The notes: generated by a model not told the origin, from the letters alone. A stretch of DNA of 64,000 nt from Octopus bimaculoides (GCF_001194135.2 NC_069004.1:12596686-12660685), one strand, 5' to 3'; shown: positions 1-12,720, counted from the stretch's first letter. Made by a program: numbers and translations.

Positions 1-61
1 TAACAACAAAACCACTTCAATGATGTTTTCTTCTCCTCCTCCTCCTCTTTTCTGTTGGCAG

Positions 62-181
62 ACATTGATGAATGTGCGTCTGGACAACATAACTGTCCAT
101 ATGGCTGTATTAATACAATCAGCAGCTACAAATGTGGTTGTCCGAAGGGATTAAAAGAAGGACCAAATGGTGATTGTGTAG
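62..181 (+). CDS. FBN: Fibrillin exon, calcium-binding EGF domain (DIDECASGQHNCPYGCINTISSYKCGCPKGLKEGPNGDCV)
   Basis: ttggcag acceptor at 60-61 and G|gtaag donor at 182. 120 bp, phase 1-1, six Cys with the D-I-D-E-C cbEGF consensus. Confidence 0.93.
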
Positions 182-1193
182 GTAAGAAACAATGAGAACA
201 TTTCTGAAATTGTTCAACTTTTTGAATTTCCTTACAGCAGTGAATTATTATTGCTGCTGCTGCTGCTGTTGTTGTTGTCGTTGTTGTTGTTGTTGCTGCT
301 GCTGTTGCTGCTTTTGTTGTTGTTGTCTCCCAGTTCCATGGTTCCATGTCCAGTTCCACCGCATAGCACTTTGGTCAAGTGGCCTCTAATGTAGCCCCAT
401 GTGTGGCTTAGTGATTAAGGTATTCGACTCACAACTGCAAAGTCGTGAGTTCAATTCCTGGCAGCACATTGAATCTTTAAGCAAGACACTTTATTTCATG
501 TTACTCCAGTCCACTCAGCCGGCAAAATTATTCCTTATCACATTCTGTGTTGTATTGAATCTCCTTGAGAACTTTGTTAAGGGTACACCTGTCTGTGGAG
601 TACTCAGCCACTTGCACATTAATTTCACAAGCAGGTTGTTCCATTGATTGGATCAATTGGCACACTCACCATTGTAACTGACGGAGTGCCAGTTTAATAT
701 AGCCCTAGGCTGACCAAAGCTTTTTGAATGAATCTGGTAGAGGGAAACTGAAAGAAGCCTGTCATGTGTGTGTGTGTGTGTGTGTGTGTCTTCATGTCTG
801 TGTTTGTCCCCCACCACCTGATAACCAGTGTTTTTGTGTTTACATCCCTATAACTTAGTAATTAAGACTGATGAAGACTGATAGAATAAGTGCCAGGATT
901 TTAAAAATTCCTTTAAATATAACAAAGAATTTATTAAAATAACTTAGTTATCATTCAGCTAGTGTTAGGAACATAAATTGTGACTAAGGTTTGGTAGAAG
1001 GTTTTAATTCAAAACTTATGGAAACAAGACATTTGTACTGAGCCAGAGCCGGTTTCAGCCGGGTTGGTAACGAAAGGGTTAAGCCTCCTGCCTCCCCATC
1101 ACTCACAAATATGGCCCTGCGATACCTAAACTGATTCTGTTTCTTATTTATTCTATTTATCTATGTTTATGTAATTTTAATTACTTGTTACAG

Positions 1194-1319
1194 ATATCAA
1201 TGAGTGTCTGGAAGACAAACATCTTTGCATCCGAGGAGTATGCAAAAATACAGAAGGCAGCTTCACATGCCAGTGTCCTCGAGGTTATGTTCTTGACAAA
1301 ACTGGTACCAAGTGTGTTG
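1194..1319 (+). CDS. FBN: Fibrillin exon, cbEGF ([42 protein letters not shown])
   Basis: ttacag acceptor, G|gtaagt donor, 126 bp, phase 1-1, cbEGF consensus. Confidence 0.93.
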
Positions 1320-1678
1320 GTAAGTAGTAACTGGTGTAAATCATTTTGTATTAAGAACCAAGAATATGAAAGTGCGTGGCCAAGTGGTTAGGGTGTTGCA
1401 CTCATGATTGTAAGATCATAGTTTCAATTCCTAGACCAGGCAGTGCATTGTGTTTTGAGCATAACTCTTCATTTCATGTTGTTCCAGTCTGAGTTCCAAC
1501 AATAGTTGGGAAGTTAACCCCTGTAATGAACTGGAGTCCCATCCAGGTGGGGAGTGTTGTAATTACCTGTGGAAGACACACGAAATGTCAATGTCAAAAT
1601 ATCGTTCACTTGATAACAATGTCACTCTTCTTTTCTTTGCTTCCATACTTTCTGGAGGAGTAACTTCAATCTTATAAA

Positions 1679-1731
<53 letters not shown>

Positions 1732-1734
1732 CAG

Positions 1735-1851
1735 ATTTGGATGAGTGTGAACATGGTTTCTGTGATGAAAACTGTGAAAACATGCCAGGAAGTTACCACT
1801 GTGAATGTCCACCAGGTTATAGTGAACATTATTATTGGAAGAGCTGTGTTG
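1735..1851 (+). CDS. FBN: Fibrillin exon, cbEGF (DLDECEHGFCDENCENMPGSYHCECPPGYSEHYYWKSCV)
   Basis: ccag acceptor, G|gtatgt donor, 117 bp, phase 1-1. HYYW before the last Cys resembles late fibrillin cbEGFs. Confidence 0.92.
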
Positions 1852-2658
1852 GTATGTACCTTGTTCTCTTGTAATTTAGCTACAAAAGGAATCTATTATG
1901 ATTTACCTTTGTTTTAAACTGGCTTATATACACCTCTAAACAGTGACCCACATTACAATTCTGTGTGTTTACTAACTAAACACCATACCACAATATTCTA
2001 AGTGTTTCTTGTGTAAATATTCTACACCATTTTAACAAAACCTACACAATGGCAGTATTATCTAGACCTATATTGTACTCCTGTTTATCTAAACCAGTTA
2101 TGGCTAATATTTTTCAAGAAGTGGGCTGCATGAGACATAGCTCATTGTCAGTTGGGTCACAAGCCGGTGAGCTGGCAGAATTCTTAGCACGGGCGAAATG
2201 CTTAATGGTGTTTAATCTGTCTTTACGTTCTGAGTTCAAATTCCGCCGAGGTCAACTTTGCCTTTCATCCTTTTTGAGTTAATAAAATAAGTACCAGTTG
2301 AGTACAGGGGTCAATGTAATCAACTAACCCCACCACTCCCCCAAATTTCAGGCCTTGTGCCTATAGTAAAAAGGATTATTACCTTAACTGTCAAGATGGC
2401 TAGCTGGCAGAATTTTTAGAGCACCAAGCAAAATGCTTAGTGGTATTTCATCTGTTTTTTTTACGCTCTGAGTNNNNNNNNNNNNNNNNNNNNNNNNNNN
2501 NNNNNNNNNNNNNNNNNNNNNNNNNNNNNNNNNNNNNNNNNNNNNNNNNNNNNNNNNNNNNNNNNNNNNNNNNNNNNAAACTGCTGGCCTTGCACCAAAA
2601 ATTTAAGACCATTTTTACCTTAACTGTCACCAACAACCTTTTGTTTATTTTTCTATAG

Positions 2659-2781
2659 ATGTTGATGAATGCATGATGGGAACTCCATGTGGAGATGGAG
2701 GCTGTATCAACATGCCTGGCAGCTACAACTGTAACTGTAAAATTGGTGAAAACTTTGACCCCCGCCAAGGAACCTGTATGA
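2659..2781 (+). CDS. FBN: Fibrillin exon, cbEGF (DVDECMMGTPCGDGGCINMPGSYNCNCKIGENFDPRQGTCM)
   Basis: tctatag acceptor, A|gtgagt donor, 123 bp. Overlaps ORF 2673..2963. Confidence 0.92.
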
Positions 2782-3695
2782 GTGAGTTACCATTTTCAGT
2801 TCTTTTATTCTATTCTTTTTGGCTGTCAGTGCCTCTGGAACCTGATCATGTTGGAGGAGTTCTTGCGAAAAGACATAAGCACCCAAAAGTTAATGAGAAT
2901 CTAGGCACATGTAGTATTAGATCTACTGAAGCTGTGCACATTGGTATTGATAGGCACCGGTAATGAAAGCAGATTTAGCCAGTATTGAGTGCACAGCAAC
3001 ATTTGGGATGGGGGTAGGGGAATACTTACACATTATAGATTATGGAAATGGAAGATAATGTGAAAGAAGAATATTGTCATCGCCATACAATATCATCATC
3101 ATCATCACCGTCCTCATGATCACTATTCATCATCATCATAATCATTTTGTCATCACTATCATCAGCACTGTCAATGTTATCATCCTCATCATCATTGACA
3201 GCAGCAGCAGCAGCGTGATCATCACCATCATCTTCATTGCCATTGCTGTCATCATCATCAACACCATAGTCACCACTGCATTTACTTCTTCCCATGTCAG
3301 CTTGGGTTAGTTAAGACTTGTTCATCATCATCATCGTTTAACGTCTGCTTTCCATGCTAGCATGAGTTGGACGATTTGACTGAGGACTGGTGAAACCGGA
3401 TGGCAACACCAGCCTCCAATCTGATTTGGCGGAGTTTCTACAGCTGGATGCCCTTCCTAACGCCAACCACTCAGAGAGTGTGGTGGGTGCTTTTACGTGT
3501 CACCCGCACGAAGGCCAGTCAGGCAGTACTGGCAACGGCCATTCCCTTCTATGTACCTGCACTCCTTTTCAACTAAAGTACTTTATTTGAAAACCTCACA
3601 GGAGTCACCAAGCTTTCGGACATTTTTTTTTTTTTTCAGTTTTGAAGAACCACACAAACCTCTCATATTCATAATATTTTACAATTGTTTTTCAG

Positions 3696-3804
3696 ATGGC
3701 TTTAATGTATGCAACAGTGCCCCTTGTACATTTGGCTGTTCTCCTTATGGCATTAATGATTATGTGTGTGGCTGCCCCACAGGATATCAACGTATAGGCC
3801 AAGG
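3696..3804 (+). CDS. FBN: Fibrillin exon, last EGF-like domain (NGFNVCNSAPCTFGCSPYGINDYVCGCPTGYQRIGQG)
   Basis: ttttcag acceptor, GG|gtaaat donor, 109 bp, phase 1-2. CGCP.GY.RIGQGHC across the next junction is typical of the final fibrillin EGF. Confidence 0.92.
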
Positions 3805-4029
3805 GTAAATATTTATTTGCTTAAATTTATGGAATCACACTGATTGATTTTCCTCCTTGTTTTTATTTTATATTTTCGTTATTTTGTTGAGCTTTTGAAC
3901 CTCTTTTCTCAATTTTGATTAATTGAATTAGGTTGTGGAAGCAAGTTGTTTTGTTTTTTTTCCAAAAATTTGATTTGAGACTGCAAATTCCATATATAAT
4001 TGATCACATATGTGTATGTGTATATGTAT

Positions 4030-4930
4030 GTGTGTATTTCTATGGCTGGATGCCCTTGCTAACACCAACCACTCCAAGAGTGTAATGGGTGCTTTCACGT
4101 GTCACTGGCATGGGTGCCAGTTACATAATGCCAGCATTGACCACAACTACGATCTCATGAAGCTTAACAGGTCTTCTCAAGTACAGTATGTCACCAAAGG
4201 TCTCAGTCACTTGTCACTGCCTCTGTGAGGCCCAACGTTCAAAAGGTGCTTTTTATGCACCACTGGTACGGGTGCCGGTTATGCGACACTGGCATCAGCC
4301 ACAACTATGATTTCNNNNNNNNNNNNNNNNNNNNNNNNNNNNNNNNNNNNNNNNNNNNNNNNNNNNNNNNNNNNNNNNNNNNNNNNNNNNNNNNNNNNNN
4401 NNNNNNNNNNNNNNNNNNNNNNNNNNNNNNNNNNNNNNNNNNNNNNNNNNNNNNNNNNNNNNNNNNNNNNNNNNNNNNNNNNNNNNNNNNNNNNNNNNNN
4501 NNNNNNNNNNNNNNNNNGCACTTCACACAGCTGTCCTCATCCATACGCATCACATGACCATACCAGTGCAGTCATCTCTCTTGCACATCACATATGATGC
4601 CTCTTATGCCCAACTTTTCTCTCAAAACACTTACACTTTGTAGTGCATGCACACTGACAATGCACATCCAGTGAAGCATACCAGCTTCATTTCTTTCAAG
4701 CCTACGCATGTCCTCAGCAGTCACAGCTGTTCGTACATAGGCATCATACAATCTGCCTTTCGCTCTGAGGGAGAAGCCCTTTGTTACCAACAGAGGTAGG
4801 ATCTCTCTGAACTTTGCCCAGCTTATTTTTATTCTAGCAGCTATGCTCTCGGAACATCCACCTCTGCTACTGACTTGGCCACCTAGGTAACAGAAACAGA
4901 CACCTGAAATGTAAACAACCTTTTCAAATG
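4030..4930 (-). mobile_element. RTE-clade LINE 3' portion (RT thumb) plus its 3' UTR
   Basis: ORF 4572..4943 reads YLG.QVSS.GGCSESIAARIKISWAKFREILPLL...KGRLY...MRRLERNEAGMLHWMC. Across gap 4315-4517 it continues into the common CAT/GAT-tailed repeat. Confidence 0.8.
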
Positions 4931-4988
4931 ACAACCCTGACAAAGACTAACACACTTTTCATTTCATTTTTCCTTCATCTATTTGCAG

Positions 4989-5208
4989 CCACTGTATCTC
5001 AACAATATCACCTGCCAATATCAGTGCACCAAACATTCCAGAAGGAATGGAATTGCCTCATATACCCGGTCCACCTGATGGCAGCCTACCACCGGGTGAA
5101 GTCTGTTATTCATGTAACGTTGGAGATATTCCACTGGGCCAACGGTCAAAGAGAAGTGTCGACATGAACAGGTCCACAAGTGATTTCGTGGCAACAGAAC
5201 AACATCAG
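4989..5208 (+). CDS. FBN: Fibrillin exon, Pro-rich linker, CYSC motif and RSKR furin site (HCISTISPANISAPNIPEGMELPHIPGPPDGSLPPGEVCYSCNVGDIPLGQRSKRSVDMNRSTSDFVATEQHQ)
   Basis: ttgcag acceptor completes the GG+C codon, CAG|gtaaat donor, 220 bp, phase 2-0. CYxC followed by RxKR matches the fibrillin C-terminal unique region. Confidence 0.9.
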
Positions 5209-5355
5209 GTAAATGTCAAGATTGTCCTTGTCAAAATATTTCCCAAAATATTTCATTTTATCATATGTATGTATGTATGTGTGTGTGTATGTGTATGTAT
5301 TTATTTATTTATTTATTTAAATGATTTCTCAAATATACATACACTTCATTTTAAT

Positions 5356-5436
5356 GGCTCTGTGGATGCTATGATACCTTGCACAAGCACTCAGCTCTCA
5401 GTGCACTGCTTCCTATAGCAGAAACAACTGTAAGCT
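5356..5436 (+). ncRNA. Degenerate third copy of the extended-stem-II hammerhead (core CTGTGGA)
   Basis: GGCT-CTGTGGA-t-GCTAT...ATAGC-a-GAAA-CAACTG-TA-AGCT. Flanks (acacttc upstream, ...tgaattcta at about 5530) are shared with the 24393 copy. Confidence 0.55.
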
Positions 5437-7015
5437 TATGAAAGTGATTACATATCTCCTGTTCTTCTGTCATTCATTGATTAATACTCTGTACTCAATT
5501 CTTTATTCTAAAGCATATGTATATTGAATTCTAACAACTGGTTATTAGTATTACTATGTCTAAATGATATCACATACATACATACATACATACACATATA
5601 CACACACGCACATATTTATATAAAACATGTTAAGTCACATTTGGGATGATATATACCATCTATCACAGAAATTATATATATAAATATATATGTGTGCACA
5701 CACACACCACACACACACACACACACATACACATACACATTTATGTGTGTGTGTGTGTGTAAAAGAAAAAATGAAATTGAAAAGTCCTGACAGATATCAA
5801 GTAAGCATTCAGTATAAAATAATAAAGTTAAATTTCCAAAAATTAAATACCAGTAAGTGTATGCAGAATACAGATCCCAGGTAAATCCTCATGTATGGCA
5901 AATAAATAACTAAATGAGTGGAAATTGAACTGTTGAGTGTGTTAAATAATAAGGCACTAAAAGAGAATGACTCTCCACAGACAATAATATTTGCTTCAAC
6001 ACACGAATTCACATAAAGAATCTTNNNNNNNNNNNNNNNNNNNNNNNNNNNNNNNNNNNNNNNNNNNNNNNNNNNNNNNNNNNNNNNNNNNNNNNNNNNN
6101 NNNNNNNNNNNNNNNNNNNNNNNNNNNNNNNNNNNNNNNNNNNNNNNNNNNNNNNNNNNNNNNNNNNNNNNNNNNNNNNNNNNNNNNNNNNNNNNNNNNN
6201 NNNNNNNNNNNNNNNNNNNNNNNNNNNNNNNNNNNNNNNNNNNNNNNNNNNNNNNNNNNNNNNNNNNNNNNNNNNNNNNNNNNNNNNNNNNNNNNNNNNN
6301 NNNNNNNNNNNNNNNNNNNNNNNNNNNNNNNNNNNNNNNNNNNNNNNNNNNNNNNNNNNNNNNNNNNNNNNNNNNNNNNNNNNNNNNNNNNNNNNNNNNN
6401 NNNNNNNNNNNNNNNNNNNNNNNNNNNNNNNNNNNNNNNNNNNNNNNNNNNNNNNNNNNNNNNNNNNNNNNNNNNNNNNNNNNNNNNNNNNNNNNNNNNN
6501 NNNNNNNNNNNNNNNNNNNNNNNNNNNNNNNNNNNNNNNNNNNNNNNNNNNNNNNNNNNNNNNNNNNNNNNNNNNNNNNNNNNNNNNNNNNNNNNNNNNN
6601 NNNNNNNNNNNNNNNNNNNNNNNNNNNNNNNNNNNNNNNNNNNNNNNNNNNNNNNNNNNNNNNNNNNNNNNNNNNNNNNNNNNNNNNNNNNNNNNNNNNN
6701 NNNNNNNNNNNNNNNNNNNNNNNNNNNNNNNNNNNNNNNNNNNNNNNNNNNNNNNNNNNNNNNNNNNNNNNNNNNNNNNNNNNNNNNNNNNNNNNNNNNN
6801 NNNNNNNNNNNNNNNNNNNNNNNNNNNNNNNNNNNNNNNNNNNNNNNNNNNNNNNNNNNNNNNNNNNNNNNNNNNNNNNNNNNNNNNNNNNNNNNNNNNN
6901 NNNNNNNNNNNNNNNNNNNNNNNNNNNNNNNNNNNNNNNNNNNNNNNNNNNNNNNNNNNNNNNNNNNNNNNNNNNNNNNNNNNNNNNNNNNNNNNNNNNN
7001 NNNNNNNNNNNNNNN

Positions 7016-7074
7016 ATATATATGTATATGTATATATATATATGTATATGTATATGTATATATATATATATATG

Positions 7075-7147
<73 letters not shown>

Positions 7148-7292
7148 GTATATGTATATATATGTATATGTATATATGTATATGTATATGTGTATATATA
7201 TATGTATATGTATATATGTATATGTGTATATGTATATGTGTATATGTATATGTGTATATATGTATATGTATGTATATATATATATATATGTA
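7016..7292. repeat. (TA/TG) compound microsatellite, representative of many (TA)n, (CA)n, (GA)n, (AAT)n, (CAT)n and (TAG)n tracts
   Basis: Read directly. Most N-gaps abut such tracts. Confidence 0.95.
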
Positions 7293-7357
7293 TCAAATTC
7301 TATAACATAGCATTTACCCTGTATTTTCTCACTCTTTCTCTCACTTATCTCCCGCAG

Positions 7358-7741
7358 ACTTCAAATGTCAGTGACGAGGAAACAAAACCAAAACCAAAAC
7401 CAAAACTGCACCATTATGCTGGTGCTAAAGAACAAAGTCTGTCGGTAAAGGTGAAACAGAAACAGGTGCATCGCAACACCATGATCATTAGGATGCAACC
7501 TGCACTAAGCACACTGCGAAATAAGGTACACTACATCATTGTTGATGGTGGTGACAGCGACAAGTTTGTGATGCACGAAAAGAATAACATAAGCTCACTG
7601 CGACTGAAGGAAAAAGTAAAAGGGCCACAGGTTTTCAAAATAGACATCAAGTGTCAGCCGTTATCAAGCACTGATGAGTTCAATGGTGAGAAGATAGAGC
7701 TGGATACATCTATTATACACCTCAAGATATATGTTCTTTGA
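7358..7741 (+). CDS. FBN: Fibrillin terminal exon, C-terminal propeptide domain ([14 protein letters not shown]...[11 protein letters not shown])
   Basis: Pyrimidine-rich cccgcag acceptor, phase 0, 127 codons to TGA, ends in a hydrophobic L-x-I-x-V-L strand like fibrillin C-termini. An extra exon in gap 6025-7015 cannot be excluded. Confidence 0.85.
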   Translation, partial: TSNVSDEETKPKPKPKLHHYAGAKEQSLSVKVKQKQVHRNTMIIRMQPALSTLRNKVHYIIVDGGDSDKFVMHEKNNISSLRLKEKVKGPQVFKIDIKCQPLSSTDEFNGEKIELDTSIIHLKIYVL

Positions 7742-7799
7742 TCATAGAACTGAACTGAACACACATCCCCTTAAGCCACCCATCAAGGAAAGGCACCAC

Positions 7800-7805
7800 A
7801 ATAAA
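7800..7805 (+). promoter_or_regulatory. Candidate polyadenylation signal AATAAA for fibrillin
   Basis: First AATAAA about 60 nt after the stop codon. No transcript evidence. Confidence 0.4.
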
Positions 7806-8594
7806 CTTCAAATGAATACAAAACACCGCAACATTTTTTCTGTTTTTTTCCCAGAAGAGAAAGAAAATATTACCAAAAAAAAAAAATAAAAAGACGAAAG
7901 TTTGAACCAAAAAAATACAAAAATTTTTCTAAACGAAGAAAGAAAAGAAAANNNNNNNNNNNNNNNNNNNNNNNNNNNNNNNNNNNNNNNNNNNNNNNNN
8001 NNNNNNNNNNNNNNNNNNNNNNNNNNNNNNNNNNNNNNNNNNNNNNNNNNNNNNNNNNNNNNNNNNNNNNNNNNNNNNNNNNNNNNNNNNNNNNNNNNNN
8101 NNNNNNNNNNNNNNNNNNNNNNNNNNNNNNNNNNNNNNNNNNNNNNNNNNNNNNNNNNNNNNNNNNNNNNNNNNNNNNNNNNNNNNNNNNNNNNNNNNNN
8201 NNNNNNNNNNNNNNNNNNNNNNNNNNNNNNNNNNNNNNNNNNNNNNNNNNNNNNNNNNNNNNNNNNNNNNNNNNNNNNNNNNNNNNNNNNNNNNNNNNNN
8301 NNNNNNNNNNNNNNNNNNNNNNNNNNNNNNNNNNNNNNNNNNNNNNNNNNNNNNNNNNNNNNNNNNNNNNNNNNNNNNNNNNNNNNNNNNNNNNNNNNNN
8401 NNNNNNNNNNNNNNNNNNNNNNNNNNNNNNNNNNNNNNNNNNNNNNNNNNNNNNNNNNNNNNNNNNNNNNNNNNNNNNNNNNNNNNNNNNNNNNNNNNNN
8501 NNNNNNNNNNNNNNNNNNNNNNNNNNNNNNNNNNNNNNNNNNNNNNNNNNNNNNNNNNNNNNNNNNNNNNNNNNNNNNNNNNNNNNNNNNNNNN

Positions 8595-8636
<42 letters not shown>

Positions 8637-9312
8637 CATGTATGACGCTACTTCAAGCTAATGGGGCAGGGCCCCTCTATACAGTTGTTTGACCTGCTAG
8701 AAATAGCAACCATATTTCCTGAAATACACACCCTACCACAATCTTAAGAATGAAAAAGACAGGCTGGAAATATGTAAGAATACAAAAAGCCAGGATGGTC
8801 ACATCTGGAATACCTTCTGATCATAGGTCCATTAGAGCAAAAATACACAAAAGTGGTGCTATTTTTTTGCAGCCACATTTTTTCCTCTTCTTAACACCTT
8901 TGACGCCAAAGTTAAAAGATGACATTCTTGGAAAATGTCAACAGAAAAGAGAAAAGATCAACCTTTTAATTTCATTTGTTGAAGAAACAAAATGATAAAA
9001 AGTTAATTTCACACTTTTCTCTTGTACTCTTCCCCTTACTCATACACCCTCCCCTTTTCTCCCATACTTTCCCTCTTTTGCCTATACACTGCCCCTCCCT
9101 TTCCTCTTATACTCTCCCTTTTTTTTCCTGTTCTTCCCCTTTTCTCCCTCTCCCCTGTTCTCATGTATTCTATTGTACTTTCACGTTTATTCTGTACTTT
9201 CCCCTTTTCTTAAGCGCTCTCCCCTTTTCCTTTGCACTCTATTCTAAAAATATAACAGGTCTGTTCTTAAATATAAAAAAAAAACAATGATAATTATTTC
9301 TGATATAAACAA

Positions 9313-10575
9313 AAGGCCTTAAATTTGAGGGAGAGATCAATTTGGCTATGTTGATCCCTGTACTTAACTATAATAATAATAATAATGCTTTCTAATTTTG
9401 GCACATGGCCATAAATCTTAGCAGAAGGGGTTGGTCAATTACACTGGACCTAGTGCTCAGCTGGTACCTATGTTATCAACCCCAAAAGGAAGAAAGGCAA
9501 AAGTGACCTTAGCAGAATTTGAACTCAGAATTGAAGGTGGATAAAATGCCACCAATTATTTAGCCCAGCACACTAACATTTCTGTTATTATTATTATCAT
9601 CATTATTATTATTAATAAGGTAGCAAGCTGGCAGAATCGTTAGCATGCTGGACAAAATGCTTAGCGGTATTTCACCCGTCGCTACATTCTGAGTTCAAAT
9701 TCCACCAAGGTTGACTTTGCCTTTCAACCTTTCGTGGTCGATAAATTAAGTACCAGTTATGCACTGGGGTCAATGTAATTGACTATTCCCCTCCCCACAA
9801 ATTTGAGGCCTTGTGCCTCCAGCAGAAAGGATGATGATGATGATTATTATTATTATCATTGTTATTATTATTATTATTATTAAAGCTGCAAGCTGGCAGA
9901 ATTGTTAGCACACCGGGTGAAATGCTTAATGGTATTTTGTCTGCCGCTATATTCTGAGTTCAAATTCGGCCAAGGTTGACTTTGCCTTTCATCTTTTTGG
10001 GCTCGATTAAATAAGTACCAGTTACACACTGAGGTCAACTAATTGACTAAATCCCCTATCCTAAGCTGCCCTTGTGGCAAAAAATTTGAAATCCTTATTA
10101 TCATTTATTATTACGATTATTATTATTATTACTATTATTATTATTATAAAGGTGGTAAAAAAATGCTAAAATACCCAAAGGTATTTATAATGTCTTCATG
10201 CCGTTTCCTTGGTTCAAATTCTACTAGGGACCAACATTGCTTCTTATACACATGGTTTGGAGAGATCGATGAAATACAAATAGCAGTTAAGTTCTAGAAA
10301 GAGGAAGCTTGGTCGAGTTAATCAACTTTAAAACACGCCTTGTTACCCCTACTACAAAATGTCTGAAGCCCTGTACCATGGACTGATAAAAGCAATGGAT
10401 TACCTTGAGGTATTAGTTTCAATCCTCTGCAGACTGAGTTCAAATTTCAATATGGTCAACTTTAATGTTCGTCTTTCCGGGACCGATAAATTAAAGTACC
10501 ATTGACCAGGATTGATATAATTGAGTGTTCATTGTCCCCTCAAAACTTGATGTGCCTAAATTTGAAGCAACCATT

Positions 10576-10631
<56 letters not shown>

Positions 10632-11571
10632 GGCAGCAAGCTGGCAGAATCATTAGCACGCTGGACGAAATGCTTAATGGTATTTCACCTGTCGCTACAT
10701 TCTGAGTTTAAATTCCGCTGAGGTTGACTTTGCCTTTCATCCTTTCGGGGATCAATTAAATAAGTACCAGTTATGCACTGAGGTCATATATAATCGACTA
10801 GTCCCCTCCCCACAAATTTCAGGCTTTCTGCCTAGAGCAGAAAAGATTATTGTTATTATTATTATTATTATTGAAGGCAGTGAGTGGTAAAGTCATTAGA
10901 CCATCAGACAAAATGTCATGTGGTATTTTCCCTGCTCCTTTACACTCTGAGTTCAAATCCTGCTGTAGCCAGTTTGCCTTTCAGCCTTCCAAGATTGATA
11001 AATTAAAGTACTGGCTAAGTGGCATTAATTAGTCCCCTCCCCTCAAAATTGCTGATAAATCAGAAACTATATCATTATTATTAATAGTAGTAGTAGTAGT
11101 AGTAGTATTAGGATGGTGAATTGTTGGAGAAAATATTTTGAGTTATTCAGTGATGGTTCTTTATGGTCGGCAATTAAATCGTGTTGTGGAAGTTAACTTG
11201 GTTTTTTTTTTGGTTTTTTTTTGTCCTCCTGGGGTTGATAAAACAAAGAAATAAAGCATCAACCAACCACTGCGATTAACTTAATTGACTGACTAATCTT
11301 TCATCTCTTATGTGATTATAATGGCTCCAAATTTTGGCACAAGACCAAAATTTTAACGGGAGGTGGGCGAGTCGACTACATCAATACCAGTGCTCTGCAG
11401 GTACTTAATTTATCAACCCTGCAAAAATGAAAGACAAAGTTGACCCTGGTGGAATTTGAACTCAAGAACATAAAGATGGATGAAATGCTGCTAAGCACTT
11501 TTCACAGCATGCTAACAACTGTGCCAACTTAATACCTTATTTAGATGAAACAATATTCTATATGATGATCA

Positions 11572-11604
<33 letters not shown>

Positions 11605-12720
11605 CCTTGAAGGGAAACATCCAATGTAATAATCCTTTCCATCTTTAGGCAGAGTTACGATAGCGATTTTATCCAGGTAACACACACACACACACACATA
11701 TGTATAGAGATAAATAGATTAGATATACACACACACACACACAAACACAATTTCTTAGTGTCTAGAGAATGTTTTCTTCTCTATCAGCAACTGAAATCCT
11801 TCGAACTATAAAAAACAAAGTGTGCCTTAACTTTTGTTCAGAAATCTTCTTTCTCTTTCTCTCTCTTTCTCTCTATCTCTATTTGTCTTTGTCTCTCTAT
11901 CTCTCTCTCTCTCATCTCTCGAACCAGTATATTTTTTTTTATAGTTATTTTAATATTATCATTATTATTATTATTATTATTATTATTACTTGGAATGGCA
12001 GAATTGTTAGTGTCAGAGAAATGCCTCCTGGTATTTATTTCCAATCCTTTGTTGAAATCTGAGTGGAAATACAGCAGAGGCTAACTTTGCCTTTAATCCT
12101 TTTGAGATTAAGGCAGAGTTGGTTTGATCCCACAATCCCTACCCACCAAATATCTGGCCTTGCACCAGTGTTATAAAGTATTATTATTATTATTATTAAA
12201 ATGCCACCAACATCTGTTTTTACCTTTCATTCTTCCAGGGTCAATAGATCAAGTTCTGGGGTTACTGTCATTGACTAGCTCCGTCCCCTAAAATTTTAGG
12301 CTTTGTGCCTATAGCAGAAAGAATTATTATTATTATTCAGTAGTCTTATTTTTATCACGTGCTTTCACTTCACTACCGAGCGCAGCTCTGTGCGCCTTGG
12401 GTATGTGCTGTGGTTTGTTGTGATGCTCTTATTGTTACTGTATTGATTATTATTATTGTAATCATTATTATTATTATTATTTTAGTGTTAAGGTGGTGAG
12501 CTGGCAGAATTGTTAACGTATCAGAAAAAATGCTTAGTATCATTTCTTCTGAGTACAACCCCTGCCAGGTCAGCTTTGCTCTTCTCCTACTTCTGCAGAG
12601 GAGGGGGTTAAAAAAATAAAGTACTAATAAATTGCGGGGTAAAAGGCTTGATATAATCATCTGTTCTCTTCCTACTCCCCCATCAAAAACCAAAAGGGGG
12701 TGGCCATTTGTGCCTGTTAG
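9313..12720. mobile_element. Stack of about 11 AAT-flanked SINE family C copies
   Basis: Repeated ggcagcaagctggcagaatcgttagc...ctgagttcaaattc...gactttgcctttcatcc...aagtaccag units separated by (ATT)n. Further tandem pairs at 30611-31066 (-) and 46975-47412 (-). Confidence 0.85.

Noticed and set aside
7671-7677. CTGATGA in the fibrillin last exon (also at about 866, 13740, 17637 and 44708)
   Set aside because: No downstream stem II plus GAAA, and no stem I pairing.
5809-8645. Long ORFs such as 5809..7296, 5991..7310 and 7902..8645, plus similar ones at 21767-22825, 41437-42260 and 55873-56428
   Set aside because: Artefacts of N runs and dinucleotide microsatellites.
8750-9290. LINE endonuclease-like SDH motif (GIPSDHRSIRAKI) followed by a pyrimidine-rich tail
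   Set aside because: Possibly a heavily deleted LINE, but one short motif is too little to call.
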